Part shown: piece after piece, positions 23,369 through 37,542 of the stretch
Position numbering within the stretch: position 1 is the stretch's first letter
How the letters are laid out: the number at the start of each line of letters is the position of its first letter
Source: Cladosporium halotolerans
Lineage: Eukaryota
Assembly (NCBI RefSeq): GCF_011745625.1
Contig: NW_027191452.1
Span: forward strand, 124,001-188,000
Direction: 5' to 3'
Length of the DNA stretch: 64,000 nucleotides
Made by a program: the position numbers and the translations under genes
The notes under the pieces: model-generated
What the model was told of the DNA's origin: nothing
The model's database searches: none
What the model saw: the letters and a program-made list of their open reading frames with translations, nothing else

Positions 23369-24777
23369 TCAATCTTCAAGCGCCCATGCACCGTCTCTTT
23401 CGTTGCGTTTCCATCCATGTAAACTGAGCTTCCATGCCGCTTCTTTTGCTTCCCTCCTGCCATCGAACCCACCATCTTTAATTTCTTCGTAGTTGGTTCT
23501 TCTCAAAGAATTGGCTACGGCCGGTATCCCCGCTGTCACCGCGATGTCTAAGGCAAGCTTCCATATCTTTCTCCTCGACACGCAGCTCGCGCCTCTAGGG
23601 TCGGATTGCTTTCGGCCAAGCAACACGCCGTTAACCATTATCTCCTGCTTCCGCGGGGTCCACAGCGCAGATAGGTTGCTCCCACCAGCTTCGGCGCCTT
23701 GTGCACAAAAGTCGAACTTCCTTGCCGTTGCCCTTACCTCAAAGGGTCTGAACTGATATCCTCCCCTCGATCCATGCCATGCGTTCAGTGCCATCAGCCT
23801 TCCGTTCCTCCCAAACGCTCTGTCGACCGCTCCTCGAACTGTTTCCATCTCCGGCATAACGAATGTCTGTAGGTAGCAATCCCTGGCTTGCACGAGCTTC
23901 GCTGAGGTACTGTTGAGCAACCCTGTGACCTGCTTCAAAGCCAGCTTATCCGAGCAGCTCTTGCTCATCGTTACTGGCGCGTCTGGCCGTGCGGGTTTCC
24001 GACGCACGACTCCCAACCGGTCAAAGTGACCCCGTCCAAGCATGTCGTCTGGGTTCGCCGATGGCGCTGCGCTTGTCCAGGGTGTCGCGTCCTGTTGTGA
24101 GGCCATTGTGAGCTCCATCGATGCGTCACCGCAAGGCGCTTGCGAGCAAAACATGTGGATTTGAACGTCGGGTTTCAGGCGGAAGGGCGGCCGAAGGCTC
24201 CTACTGTTGGTCGCATGCAGGTCGCCTTCCGTGTCCTGAGATGTCTCTACTTCCTCGTCTTCATCCGACCAGTCTACCCATTCACCTGTCCCATCTCTTC
24301 CCTGTTGCGCAAGAAGAGCGCATTCTTCCAAGATCCACCTGTTGAACCCACGTATCGCTAGCACTTCGGCGTGCCAATCGTGAAGCACGTTACCTTGCGC
24401 CTGAGCAACTTTCGAAGCTGGTAGACATTTCATGCCTGTTGCGACAGCGGCGCATGTCAGCTCTGGAGCTTGTTCCCGTCCGGCACCGTCGTTGTGGGTT
24501 GTCGCCGTCGCGTTGGAGTCATGAGAAACGCTGCCTGCGCCAATTTTTCTGGGATCTAAGCTGCGCAAAGCAGACTCGTCAGAATTGTGCTATCCGAACA
24601 CTGTCACTTCGATGCGGTTGAAAACATACGTCTACTCAGTACGATGCCAGCAAGAGGAGACCATTCTCTGCGGCCGTCGGGGTAAGTGCGCGGTTTGTGT
24701 TTCGCCGGCAGCGCGTTAAATGTATCAAGGACGCATTTCGCGATCGCATCGGGGTCGGGAAATTGCCATGAAGACAT
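23369..24777 (-). CDS. TAD1: tRNA-specific adenosine deaminase 1 (Tad1/ADAT1)
   Basis: Exon 1 MSSWQFPDPDAIAKCVLDTFNALP...EWSPLAGIVL; intron about 24556-24629; ATGMKCLP, LHDWHAEVLA, APCGDAS, RRKPARPD and SKSCSDKL deaminase motifs. Confidence 0.9.
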
Positions 24778-26616
24778 CTTGCTCGCAATGAGTTAGCATC
24801 TTGTTCCGCACTGGCAGTTTGTTTGCTGGCGTTGTTGATCCAGGGTCCAAGAATCTGGAGGTGACGGTGGAGCTTTGCTGCTACAGCGTCTTCGCCCGCT
24901 CGGACATTAAATGGATTACCTCACTTTCCAAGAAGCTGCGGATACATGGAAGCTGACAATTCCACGATCAGGAAGATCTGGATACGTCTGTACATACATG
25001 CAACGTACCTGGTTTCTTGGCGTAATGCTGTCCCAGCAGCTGATGTTTGTCAGTCATCCTGGTTTCACAGGGTTAGGGTTGGGGCAAACGCCATCCTTCC
25101 GTTGTCGAGTCCTGACGATGAAGAGGTGCACGCGACAATTTACAATTAATGCTGGATATCTTTGAAAGAAACTACCACTTTAGGGCGTACTCATTCGTGG
25201 AGCGGAGACGTTCTCGATATTGTTTATTGATTGATCTTTTACAAGACCATCTTGCTAGGTCATGGACCCCGGCAACCCCGCCCAGCAATATTTGAAAAGG
25301 ATCGGCAAGAAGACACCTTAGATACGCAACATCGATGGGGTTGAAGTTCGAGTTGCCCAACGCCCAGACTCACATGACGATAGAGTTGAGAACAGAAAAC
25401 GAAAAACGAAATGATCACTGAGACTGGGATAGTTCGCAGATGGGAAAGTCCCACAATCACACAATAGCATTGATATCTGTCAACTCGTGCGGTAGCGGTA
25501 GATCTTCGCCATGGGGTGTTGAACTCAAACATGTTTATTCCGTAAGGCAGTAATTCATCGATGAAGATATTCTCTCGTGGAAAAAGAACGAGCAAGCAGA
25601 AGGAAGAGCGGCACGATATTACTTTGCCCTGTCGTTTGATCGATCGCATATTGCTAGAAATCGTAAAGGGAGGCGCGAACGCTAGATCAATACTGCAGGA
25701 AGTGAAGATCAGACAGTCCTCTGCAAACTGCGATCGAGCAGAAACGAAACAATGGCTGCAGAATGTTCGGCTGTATGGCACGATGATTGCTGGCAACGAT
25801 GCCACCCTCCATGCAGCCGTTGTATCCTCGTCAACTGCTGGTAGATGTGGTTCCTGCTCGCAACGTTGGTGGACCACTAACCGTACATTTTTGTGGCTCC
25901 AATCCAGACCGCTCGTAGGGTCTCGGGATGAAGAGCTGAGGTATAGCCGAGCCTCACAGCATTGAATAATGCATGTGCCGTCCTGTGATCGATCGGGTGA
26001 CTCGAACAGCTTCAATAATGTGATGTGAGCCCACTAGGTACAAAGGACCTGCATATGCATATATCTTTTCTCACGTGAGAACATCATCACCGTACACATG
26101 TCGCAGTGACAGCAGGCTGCGGCGACGAACAGGGCCCGTAAAGGTTGAGGGATTTTGCGGAGAAATCAATGCCACATGAAGTCACATGCATAGCAACGAC
26201 TCCATCTCGGGCTCTGGCCTAGCCAGCTGTTGAGTCACCACGGCCGGTGTAGCCTCGCAGTGAGGCAGCGGCGCGCAGCGGCCACCCACTCTGGGCCACC
26301 GAACAGAGGCCCGCCGCCAGAAAATTCAGTGAGAGACAGCAGCAAAGCGCGGGTGAGGCGGGTGAATGAGCGATTCACGTGCTCACGGATCACCTCGCCA
26401 CCGCGGTGGGTGCAGACGAATGCGCCCGTGAAGTTTTTTCTCTCACAAGCCCGCCGCAGCCCAACGTCACAGCAAGACCCCACCACGCTGCGGTGTTTAG
26501 CGCCGCCGCTTTTGCCAAGCCCTGCCCCTCGCACCATAGGTTAAATTCTTCTTCTACCTTGCCATCCTCTTCTCTCAGCGTCCCCATACCTCGAATCGCT
26601 CTGCATTCGAATCTGG

Positions 26617-26671
26617 TAAGCCACGACGCTGCCCATCGCTACGAAGAGCATCGGACTGACAGCCTTTCCAG
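26617..26671 (+). other. Probable 5'-UTR intron of TEF1
   Basis: GTAAGC...CTGAC...TTCCAG about 50 nt upstream of the ATG. Confidence 0.65.
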
Positions 26672-26721
26672 AGAAAGACAGTACTTTCAAAAACTACCAC
26701 CAAAGAACACCAACCGCCAAA

Positions 26722-28778
<2,057 letters not shown>

Positions 28779-29355
28779 ATTAGTTCATGACCTTGCGGAA
28801 GCATATCATGACTTTTCTATATTCTTGAGTGATACCTTGGAACGACGCATGCGTTGTCTTGTCGGATGGGCAATGTATGTTTGAATTGAAAACATCCGGC
28901 AAAAACCTTTCCTTTGTTCCTTGGCATGAAAATCACGAAGCGATGTCGATGGCAGTTTGCGGTGGGTTGATACCATTAGCGAATTGACCTGCCTTAGCTT
29001 AGATTTCAGCTTTCAGCTAAATCAAAACAGTCTGAGAGTGACCATACCTTGTTCCCTGCTGAGAACCTTACGTGGCGTGTTTTAATCATCGTTTGTGATC
29101 TTGTTACATTTGTAGCCCAGTAAGGTGAGGTTCAGCCAAGTATTATTGTGTTGTTTCACGGGCATGTCTTAGCCTGCCCTCACGCGTAGCCACCTTACTG
29201 GTGAAGCAGATACACAGCAGATGATAGTACCTGAACGTCCAGGAGATCTGACAATGTTGGCGCGACTTAATTGAAATCATCCGGCATAGTTTATGTCAAT
29301 CAATGAGTTCATGAGACAGTATTATGCTTCGTATTATACACAAAACAGTCTGGGA

Positions 29356-30927
29356 CTATGCCTGAAGCGCTCTCTCCCCTCCCCTCCTTCTCTTACCAGT
29401 CACATCCCTGCCCTCCTCGATCCCCAACAACGCCTCCCTCTTCTTCTCGCCCACAATGTTCAGCGCCTCCCTCACCACCCGACCCTCCACGCTCACCTTC
29501 TCCTCCTCATACTCCTCCATCTGCCTCCCCACCCTGGCCTCAATCGCCTGCACGAGCTCCACATCCCGCTGCCCCACCATGCTGATGCTCGTGCCCTTCC
29601 TGCCCGCGCGCGCCGTCCGGCCCACCCGGTGGATGTAGTCGTCCGGGTCGCGCGGCAGGTCGTAGTTGACCACCAGCCCGACGTCCGGCACGTCCAGGCC
29701 GCGCGCCGCCACGTCCGTCGCGACCAGGATGCGCGCGGCGCCGGCGCGGAACCGCGCGAGGTTCGAGACGCGCTGCGCTTGCTGCAGGCCGGAGTGCAGC
29801 GACGTCACGCGGTGGTCGAGCAGGCGCAGCATGTACTCCAGCAGGTTCGCGGTGCTGGTGCGGTTGCAGAAGATGATGGTGGGCTTGCCCGCGTTCTGGG
29901 GCGTCAGGAGCAGCACGTGCAGGTACTTCTCCTTGTGCACGACGTTCACCAGCTGGTAGGTCTGGCGCAGCGTCGGCGGGATGGCGAGCTTGTCGATGTC
30001 GACTTCGCACACGAAGACGGGCGGCCGCGTCGCCGGGCGCGGCGTGTCCTTGAGAGCGCGCACTTCCGGCGTCACGGTGGCCGTGAACAGGCACGTCTGC
30101 CGCTCCGCGGCCTTGGGCATCGCGCCCAGGCAGGTCTGCACGGCGGGCAGCATGCTGCCTTTGCCGGAGGCGAGCAGGCGGTCGGCCTCGTCCATGACGA
30201 CGTAGCGGACGCGGCGGAGGCCCTTGGTCGTCTCTTCGCCGGACACTTCGATGTGGTCCGCCAGGCGGCCGGGCGTGGCGATGACGAGGTGCGGGCGCTT
30301 GGCGAGGTCGAGCGCCTGCGCGCGCATGTCCGCGCCGCCCGTGACGAGCACGCACTTGATGCCCTGGCTCGCGCCGATGGCGACGAACTGCTCGTAGAGC
30401 TGGAGGGCGAGTTCGCGCGTGGGCGTCAGGATCACGCCGAAGATGCCCATGGGGTCGCGGGCCCACTGCTGCAGGATGGGCACGGCGAAGGCGACGGTCT
30501 TTCCGGAGCCGGTGCGCGAGCCGCCGATGCAGTCTTTGCCGGCGATGATCTCGGGGATGGAGGCCTTTTGGATTCGCGTGGGCCGGTGGATGGCCATGTT
30601 GGCCAGCGACTTGATCAGCCATGGGTCGACTCCGAGCGTGGCGAAAGTGGCCGTCTCGTCTTTTTCTGTTGCGGCGGTGATTGACAGTGGTGCTGAGTCG
30701 TCTGCCACGGGGGCGGAGGCTTCGGGCTGCGGTGCGGGTTTGGGGACATCTTTCTTCGCTCTGATCCTGGAGACGGTGGAGGTGGGTATGGGCGCCGGCT
30801 TGAAGTCTTCATCGTCCAGTTCGTCGGCGTCTGCAGAAAGTCTTCTGCGCTTCTGCGGCCGGTCGTTGTCCAGTTGAGCGTCGTCGTAGTCTCGCACGTC
30901 TTCGCTATCCGAACCTGAAGAAGACAT
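29356..30927 (-). CDS. DBP8: DEAD-box ATP-dependent RNA helicase Dbp8
   Basis: [50 protein letters not shown] motifs; [11 protein letters not shown] typical of Dbp8/DDX49. Confidence 0.93.
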   Translation of the reverse strand: MSSSGSDSEDVRDYDDAQLDNDRPQKRRRLSADADELDDEDFKPAPIPTSTVSRIRAKKDVPKPAPQPEASAPVADDSAPLSITAATEKDETATFATLGVDPWLIKSLANMAIHRPTRIQKASIPEIIAGKDCIGGSRTGSGKTVAFAVPILQQWARDPMGIFGVILTPTRELALQLYEQFVAIGASQGIKCVLVTGGADMRAQALDLAKRPHLVIATPGRLADHIEVSGEETTKGLRRVRYVVMDEADRLLASGKGSMLPAVQTCLGAMPKAAERQTCLFTATVTPEVRALKDTPRPATRPPVFVCEVDIDKLAIPPTLRQTYQLVNVVHKEKYLHVLLLTPQNAGKPTIIFCNRTSTANLLEYMLRLLDHRVTSLHSGLQQAQRVSNLARFRAGAARILVATDVAARGLDVPDVGLVVNYDLPRDPDDYIHRVGRTARAGRKGTSISMVGQRDVELVQAIEARVGRQMEEYEEEKVSVEGRVVREALNIVGEKKREALLGIEEGRDVTGKRRRGGERALQA

Positions 30928-31164
30928 CGTGGCGCGGTTTAATTGCTATCGATCTGTTTTGCCGATCGGACTTTTTTTCCCTTGCAGGCTGAGGTGAAGA
31001 TCAAGAGGGAATCTTGGCGCGCCGCCAGCCGAAGCTTTCTTTCATCAGAAGCCCGGCCGCAAATTTTGGCTTGGAAAGCGCAGATCAATCAACTCTTCAC
31101 TCCGACAAATTTCTGGCAACCCAAGCTTCCATTGTTTCAGAAGCACATTCCTGCCGACTCCAAG

Positions 31165-33099
31165 ATGGCAGAGCGTCCGGCCAAGCGCACGAAACTGCTG
31201 TCCGACAGCGAGTCGGACGGCAGCGACAACGAGGGCGTCAAGCTCCCGCAGAGCTCCAAGAAAGCCCACTTCAAGATCAACGACGAGTACGCAAAGCGCT
31301 TCGAGCACAACAACAAGCGCGCCGACCTGCACCGCTTGGAGGAGAAGTACGGCAAGGGCGGCGCGGAGGAGGATTCGGAGGAGGAGTCTTCGACGGACGA
31401 GTCGGAGGACGACGATGCAGACCTCGTCACCGCGGACCTTGACAACGAGATCTTCGCTACGCTGAAGGCGATCAAGGAGAAGGACCCGCGCGTGTACGAT
31501 GAGAAGGTCAAGTTCTACAAGGAGTTCGACCCGGAGAACGTCCCCAGGGAGGAGAAGAAGGACAAGGCCATGACGCTGCAAGACTACCACCGCCAGAACC
31601 TGCTCGCCGGCTACACCGGCGAAGACGAAGAGGACAAGAACGTCCCGCAGACCTACAACCAAGAGCAAGACGCCCTGCGCCGCCAAGTCGTGGGCCAAAT
31701 GCACGCTCTCGCCGACGGCGAAGAGGCCGGCTCCGACTCGGAGGACGACTTCAAGCCCAAGGCCAAGGGCGCGCACGACTCCGTCCCCGCCGCGAAGAGC
31801 AAGAGCAGCAAGGCGAAGAAGCTCAGCGAGCAGGACATCGCGGCCGCGGAGAAGGACCCGGAGACCTACCTGTCGAACTTCATGGCGGCGCAGGCATGGC
31901 GGGCGCCTGGCGGCGCGAACCCGCACGCCTTCGACTCCGACGACAGCGAGGACGAGGCGCGCGCGGACGCCTTCGAGGAGGCGTACAACATGCGCTTTGA
32001 GGATCCGGCGCTCGCGAACGAGAAGCTGCAGACGTTCGCGCGTGATGTTGGCAAATACTCCGTGAGGCGCGACGAGGTCAGCGGGAGGAAAGCTGCGAGA
32101 GAAAAGGAGCGGCAGAGGAAGGAGGCGGAGAGGCTGGAGCGCGAGGAGGACCGCGCGAGGCTGCGCAAGCTGAAGATCGAGGAGGCGGAGGAGAAGGTGA
32201 AGAAGATCAAGGAGGCGGCGGGCCTGCGCGGCAAGGACGTCGACATCGGGCAGTGGCGGGACGTGATCGAGGGGGACTTCGACGACGACCAGTGGGACAA
32301 GGAGATGCAGCGCCGCTTTGGCGAGGACTACTACGCGGAGAACGAGGGCGCGGGCGGCGACGACTCCGACGTGGAGATGGGCGACGCCGCGGACGGCAAG
32401 AAGCACAAGGTCAAGAAGCCCAAGTGGGACGACGACATCGACATCGGCGACCTCGTCCCCGAGTTCGAGGAGGAGGAAGCCCGCAAGTACACGCTCTCGT
32501 CCGACGACGAGGAAGACGGCGGCGCCCCCGTGGAGCCCGAAGACGACGACGACGACAGCGACGCCGAGCAAGAAGGCGGCAAGAAGCGCAAGACGAAGAA
32601 AGACCGCCTGAAGGAGAAGGCGGAGGCGAAGCGCGCCTCGCGCAAGGAGCGCCGCGCCATCGAGGAGATGGTCGACTCCAACCTGCCTCTCGCGCACCCG
32701 GCTCTGGCCACGGGCTCCTCCAAGGCGCCCGTCACCGGCTTCCGCTACCGCGAGACGTCGCCCACCTCTTTCGGCCTCAGCGCGCGCGACATCCTGTTCG
32801 CGGACGACAGCGCGCTGAACCAGTTCGCGGGCCTCAAGAAGATGGCGACGTGGCGCGATCCCGAGCGGAAAGCGAGGGAGGCGAAGAAGCTGTCCAAGAA
32901 GGGACGCCTGCGGCAGTGGCGCAAGGATACGTTTGGCAAGCCTGATGCGCCTGAGGGCGGGTTTGAGTATGTCCTCGGTGACGCGCCGGCTGAGGCGGAG
33001 CCAAAAAAGGCGAAGAAGGATGCGGATGGGAATGTGAAGGAGGGCGAGAGGAAGAAGAAGAGGAGCAAGAAGCGCAAGGCGAAGGAGATTGAGGCTTAG
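31165..33099 (+). CDS. KRI1: KRI1 family 40S ribosome biogenesis protein
   Basis: FKINDEYAKRFEHN, FEEAYNMRFEDP, KPKWDDDIDI, FRYRETSPTSFGLSARDILFADDSALNQFAGLKK. First ATG at 31165. Confidence 0.93.
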   Translation: MAERPAKRTKLLSDSESDGSDNEGVKLPQSSKKAHFKINDEYAKRFEHNNKRADLHRLEEKYGKGGAEEDSEEESSTDESEDDDADLVTADLDNEIFATLKAIKEKDPRVYDEKVKFYKEFDPENVPREEKKDKAMTLQDYHRQNLLAGYTGEDEEDKNVPQTYNQEQDALRRQVVGQMHALADGEEAGSDSEDDFKPKAKGAHDSVPAAKSKSSKAKKLSEQDIAAAEKDPETYLSNFMAAQAWRAPGGANPHAFDSDDSEDEARADAFEEAYNMRFEDPALANEKLQTFARDVGKYSVRRDEVSGRKAAREKERQRKEAERLEREEDRARLRKLKIEEAEEKVKKIKEAAGLRGKDVDIGQWRDVIEGDFDDDQWDKEMQRRFGEDYYAENEGAGGDDSDVEMGDAADGKKHKVKKPKWDDDIDIGDLVPEFEEEEARKYTLSSDDEEDGGAPVEPEDDDDDSDAEQEGGKKRKTKKDRLKEKAEAKRASRKERRAIEEMVDSNLPLAHPALATGSSKAPVTGFRYRETSPTSFGLSARDILFADDSALNQFAGLKKMATWRDPERKAREAKKLSKKGRLRQWRKDTFGKPDAPEGGFEYVLGDAPAEAEPKKAKKDADGNVKEGERKKKRSKKRKAKEIEA

Positions 33100-33776
33100 A
33101 TGGGGTTTGGAGTCGTGTGTATAGATATCATACCATGCCATATTATATTCTTTTTTTACGGCTTCTATTTCTCGCCGCGTATCTTCACCTTTCTAGATGT
33201 ATACTGTGCTTCACGTGTATGTGATTAGATTGCCACCACGGCATGGAGTGTCCAGGGCAATGAACCAAAGCACTGGCTGCATCCAGGGCGTCTCTGTCCA
33301 TGCGCGCCAGACGGCTGGGCAAACAACGATTGAAATGAGCAGTCAAACAAACAACGGTAGCCTTACCGTCGGAGCCCACGTGATTCGTCGCATCCGAAAG
33401 TTTGTAGGCTCTAGAAGACTATAAACGTTCTGATGTGGCGAATATTCTCGATTGGCCGAGTCAAAATGTGGTCTCGACGGCCAAATGGAAAGTTAGTAGC
33501 ATGTGGTTCCCTTTTCTTTCAGAGAATAGTAATGCCTAGAGGTAAGTGACCTTATTAGAGAACCTCATAAACCCCACCTTTTCGGATGAACGATGGTCGT
33601 CTATGGAGCAATCTTTGTTTACGATCGCCAGTCGATCCGTGAACGTGAATGTCTGGCTCGCGTAGAAGCATGGCGACTCAACACAGCCACGATTGTAAGA
33701 TTACACAGACTTGGGACCGCAGAAGGTCAGCGAGGTGAGACAGTTCAGTAGTACCTTGCCTTCGAATAACAAATAT

Positions 33777-35296
33777 GCCAGGGGAAAGTACCGCACGAGT
33801 GACGAGGGTGACGACAGCGCCCAGCCCGGCATGATTTGGACATGCTTCGGCCAGACGGTACGGTTGAAGAAGAAGCATGCTCCAGACTGCCCTCTATCGA
33901 AAGCATCGAGCGGGACTAACGAACCCTTCACGTGCATGCCACACAGGCGGATCTACAGGGCTGGCATCCAAGAAGGCAAACCTGAATCATGCGTGCCGTA
34001 AGGCTGCGTGGAAGTCGGAGTCAAGAGTGCCTTGGTGAGCGGTGATGTGACGCCTTGGGCTCAACCACGTGTGCCGCCCTGCGCCGTTGCTCCGCAAAGC
34101 GCCCGCATTCAGGAACACGCCCGCCCGTTCCTGTCTCCATCGTCATGCAGCCCTGGGCCCACCGAGCAGACAAACGCGCGGCGACAGTGAGGGAAAAGGC
34201 CTCGGGGCTCGCGGGCTGCGGGCGATTGCGACATGGGCGCGCGCAGCGAGTGGCTGGAGGAGGAATTGAGGCCGCGGGAGGGGGACGACAAGATTGGGCT
34301 CGGCAGAGCGCGCATGACGGGGGAGGCGCAGCAGCAGTCGCTGGCGCGCGCAGCGAGACGGCGGCTGAAGCAGACGGCGGACGGATGGGGGGGATGTCAT
34401 GTAGGCGGCCGCTTGGCACGATTTGGTAGCGGAGCGCCGCCCTTGGCTGACTTTGCCGAGCGCTCCAAGGTCGCCACCGCGCGGGCGCGTCTTGGCTGCT
34501 GGGCGGGCCGCATGGGGAAGTTCGGTGGGTGAGATGAGGCTGAGGCGGAGGCTGCGGTCGGCAGGCAGGGAGGGAGGGGCTCGTCAGGCGATAAGGCTAG
34601 CCTAACGAATGTCTCGAGCGCCGGCGCGCGCACGCTGTCGTCTGTCGTCCGTCGTCTGCCCCGAAGGACGCTCGACCGCTGCGAGCGAGGCATTCGAAGC
34701 GGCGCGGGGTTCGGCCGGAGTCGCCTGCCTGCTGCTGCTTCCAGCTCAGATGCGCGCCGCCAAGAGAAGCCTGCGAGGGCTTTGTTGCGCAGCGGCCAGC
34801 AGATGTTTAGGCGGCGTGCTGGACGGCGCGGCGTTTGCTGCTGGCCGCCCCGCACGTGGACGCGGCCGGGCGCTCGATAACGCCGGCAGCAGTGACCGCG
34901 CGCCAAGAGCGCCAAGCACGCTAGAGTCCGAGACCCGCTTTTCGCAGCCAATCCTTGGCAGTCGTGCCCAGCCGCCCAGTCCGCCCCGACGAGCAGCAGC
35001 GGCGAGGGCGCTGGCCGGCTGCGCGAGCCTTTGGGGCGCGCCCGCCGTATAACCTGCCTGGGGCCGCCGCTCCTGCGCGCGCCCTGACTTTCTGAATCTC
35101 TACTGCCCGCCTCTCGGACCCCCTCCCTTCGTCGCGCCCGTCTCTATACATACCGACCACGCCAACCCGCCGCCTCTGAACGCTGCACGTGCATTTTGCG
35201 CTGCCGTCCGGCGTCTCTGAGCATTCACGCGTTTGCTGCCTCAGCCCAAGCGGAGGCCTCGAACTTGATATACTCGCCAAGACAGCTTTTGCCAAG
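33777..35296. promoter_or_regulatory. Cluster of PacC consensus sites (GCCARG) upstream of pacC
   Basis: Ten GCCARG/CYTGGC hexamers at 33777, 34412, 34442, 34491, 34759, 34902, 34911, 34954, 35276 and 35291. Confidence 0.8.
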
Positions 35297-35337
35297 GACA
35301 GGACTTCACTTCAGACGAACGTCTGGTCGCCAGCAGG

Positions 35338-37542
35338 ATGGAGCAGACCGTCGCAGAGGCCGTCGCGGCCGCCACACAGCAACAGCAGGCTGCCGCCCAG
35401 CAGGCCCAGCAGCTCATCAACCAGCCCTCGCCGCCCGTCCAGCCCGTGCAGAGCGCGCAAAGCTCGACCATCGACAACCTGACATGTCAGTGGCAAGGCT
35501 GCGGCGAGCGCTGCGACAGCGCCGAAGCCCTCTATGTAAGTCGACCCAACCTGTGATTGAATGATGCGCGATGCGTCGCGAGTGTCTCTCATGTTCCCCC
35601 CGACGCCTGCAAAAATTCCTTGCGTCGCGTCTCAACTTGCTGACGCCGCCCGCAGGATCACGTTTGCGAGCGCCACGTCGGTCGTAAAAGCACCAACAAC
35701 CTCAACCTTACCTGCCAGTGGGGCGCGTGTCGCACGACCACGGTCAAGCGTGACCACATCACTTCTCACATCCGCGTCCACGTCCCCCTGAAGCCGCACA
35801 AGTGCGACTTCTGTGGCAAGGCCTTCAAGCGCCCGCAGGATCTCAAGAAGCATGTGAAGACCCACGCGGATGACAGCGTCCTTATGAACTCACCTCAACC
35901 CGGCGCAACTGCGCGCGCTAACGGTGGCAATGGCGGTCTCGGTGCACAGAACGGGAAGCGTGAGTATCCGTCGCACTCTCCCTCTGACCCAGAGGCTTAC
36001 TTGGTTGCGCGGCTCACAGCGGGTTCCTACTACGGCGGCCCTAACGACTCAATGAACCCCTACCCGAGCTACCAGCCTCAGATGGGTGCTCCCAACGGTG
36101 CTCACTACCAGCCAAACGGTGCACAGTACGCTGGCTACGGTTCCGTCTCTTACCCCAACAACAACATGCAGGACATTCAGAGCATGGACACCCGTCGTCG
36201 TGCCATCGAAGCTCTGAACGACTTCCTCGGTGACATCAAGCGCCGTGCTATTGACCCCAGCGCATACTACGACGTCGGCCAGAGGCTTCAGAGCAACTCT
36301 CTTCCCCTCCCCGTCGCTTCTGGCAACGGCTACAACACAGGCTACAACAACCAGTCCAACTCGTCGTACGGCGGCTTTAACACAGCCAGCCTCATCGACG
36401 CGTTCTCCAACAGTGGCTACAACGTCGGTGGCGCCACTGGCGGCGGCGGAGGTGCAAACGTCCACGGCCCTATGGCCCAGCACGGCTACTCCCTTCCCCT
36501 GCCTAACGCTCGCTCTAAGGGAGATCTCCAAGACATTGATCGCTTCCTTGAGCAGCTCCAGGCCACTGTCTACGAGACCAGCAACTCGGCAGCGTCTGCC
36601 GGTGTGCAGCAGCCCGGTGTCCACACTCAGTCGGTCGACGGCTTCAACTTCGGCAACAGCCACCAAAACTACAACCGCCCGAGCAACAGCCCTCCGAGCA
36701 TGAACTCGAACCAAGGTTATTCAAGTTCCGGTACGATGAGCAGTGTCAGCGGCAGCATGCCGGGCATAACTTCTTCGGCCTCCGCGTTGGACACACCCGC
36801 GCTGACACCAGCATCAGTGTCGTCTTACAGCTCCGGCCACTCGCCCATGTCGAGTCATGGTCGCTCCAGCCTCAGCAGCATGAACGGCAACGCCATGTAC
36901 CCCAACCTGCCTTCAGTCACCGGCATCTCAGACATTGGCTCCGGCTACCCGACCACCACATCGGCGCCCGCCTCTGGTCTTGCCTCCGGCTTCGAGGGCC
37001 TTGAGGGCCGCCGCTACAGCGGTGGCAGACTCCAGCGCCAGGCTCCTGCCCAAGACACTGAGATGACCGACGCCACCGCCTCCGAGGCTGCCGCCGAAGA
37101 TGGCTCACGCACACCCAAGCAGTCCGACATCAAGGAGAAGGCGGTCGATAGCATCGACCCCGCGCTCCGCACCGAAGACGTCAAGTCCCCCACCGAGTCC
37201 GTCGGCACCCCGGCTGCTCACTCCGAGCACGACGACAAGCGCCAGGAGGAGTGGGTCGAGAACATCCGCGTCATCGAGGCCCTGCGCCGCTGGATCGGCG
37301 ACCGTCTGCGCAACGGCGAGTTCGAGAACGAGCAGACCGAGCAGCAGCAGGAGGGCGCTCAGGCACAAGAAGGCGCCGCCCACCACGAGGAGATGGACGC
37401 GTCCATGATCGAGACCGCCAAGATGGTCGAGAAGCTGGCCGAGGCCAACGCCGCTCACAACGCCGCGCACCCGCCCCAAGAGCAGCAGCAGGAGCACCAG
37501 GCCGGCGAGCAGGACGTCAAGTACCCGACCCTGCCCGCTTAA
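35338..37542 (+). CDS. pacC: pH-response C2H2 zinc-finger transcription factor PacC/Rim101
   Basis: LTCQWQGC...[24 protein letters not shown]...[48 protein letters not shown] and terminal YPTL PalA-binding motifs; [12 protein letters not shown]. Introns 35536-35655 and 35960-36019. Confidence 0.97.

Noticed and set aside
25069..25084. Telomere-like agggttagggttgggg
   Set aside because: Barely two units; expected by chance.
25260..26015. 251-aa (-) and 134-aa (+) ORFs between TAD1 and TEF1
   Set aside because: No motifs, codon bias or convincing splice structure; could be a decayed sequence but unsupported.
29293..33141. Long antisense and alternate-frame ORFs over DBP8 and KRI1 (463 aa, 698 aa and others); similar ones over TEF1, PDC, the Zn2Cys6 TF and GID4-like
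   Set aside because: Shadow ORFs expected from extreme GC3 codon bias; no recognisable domains.
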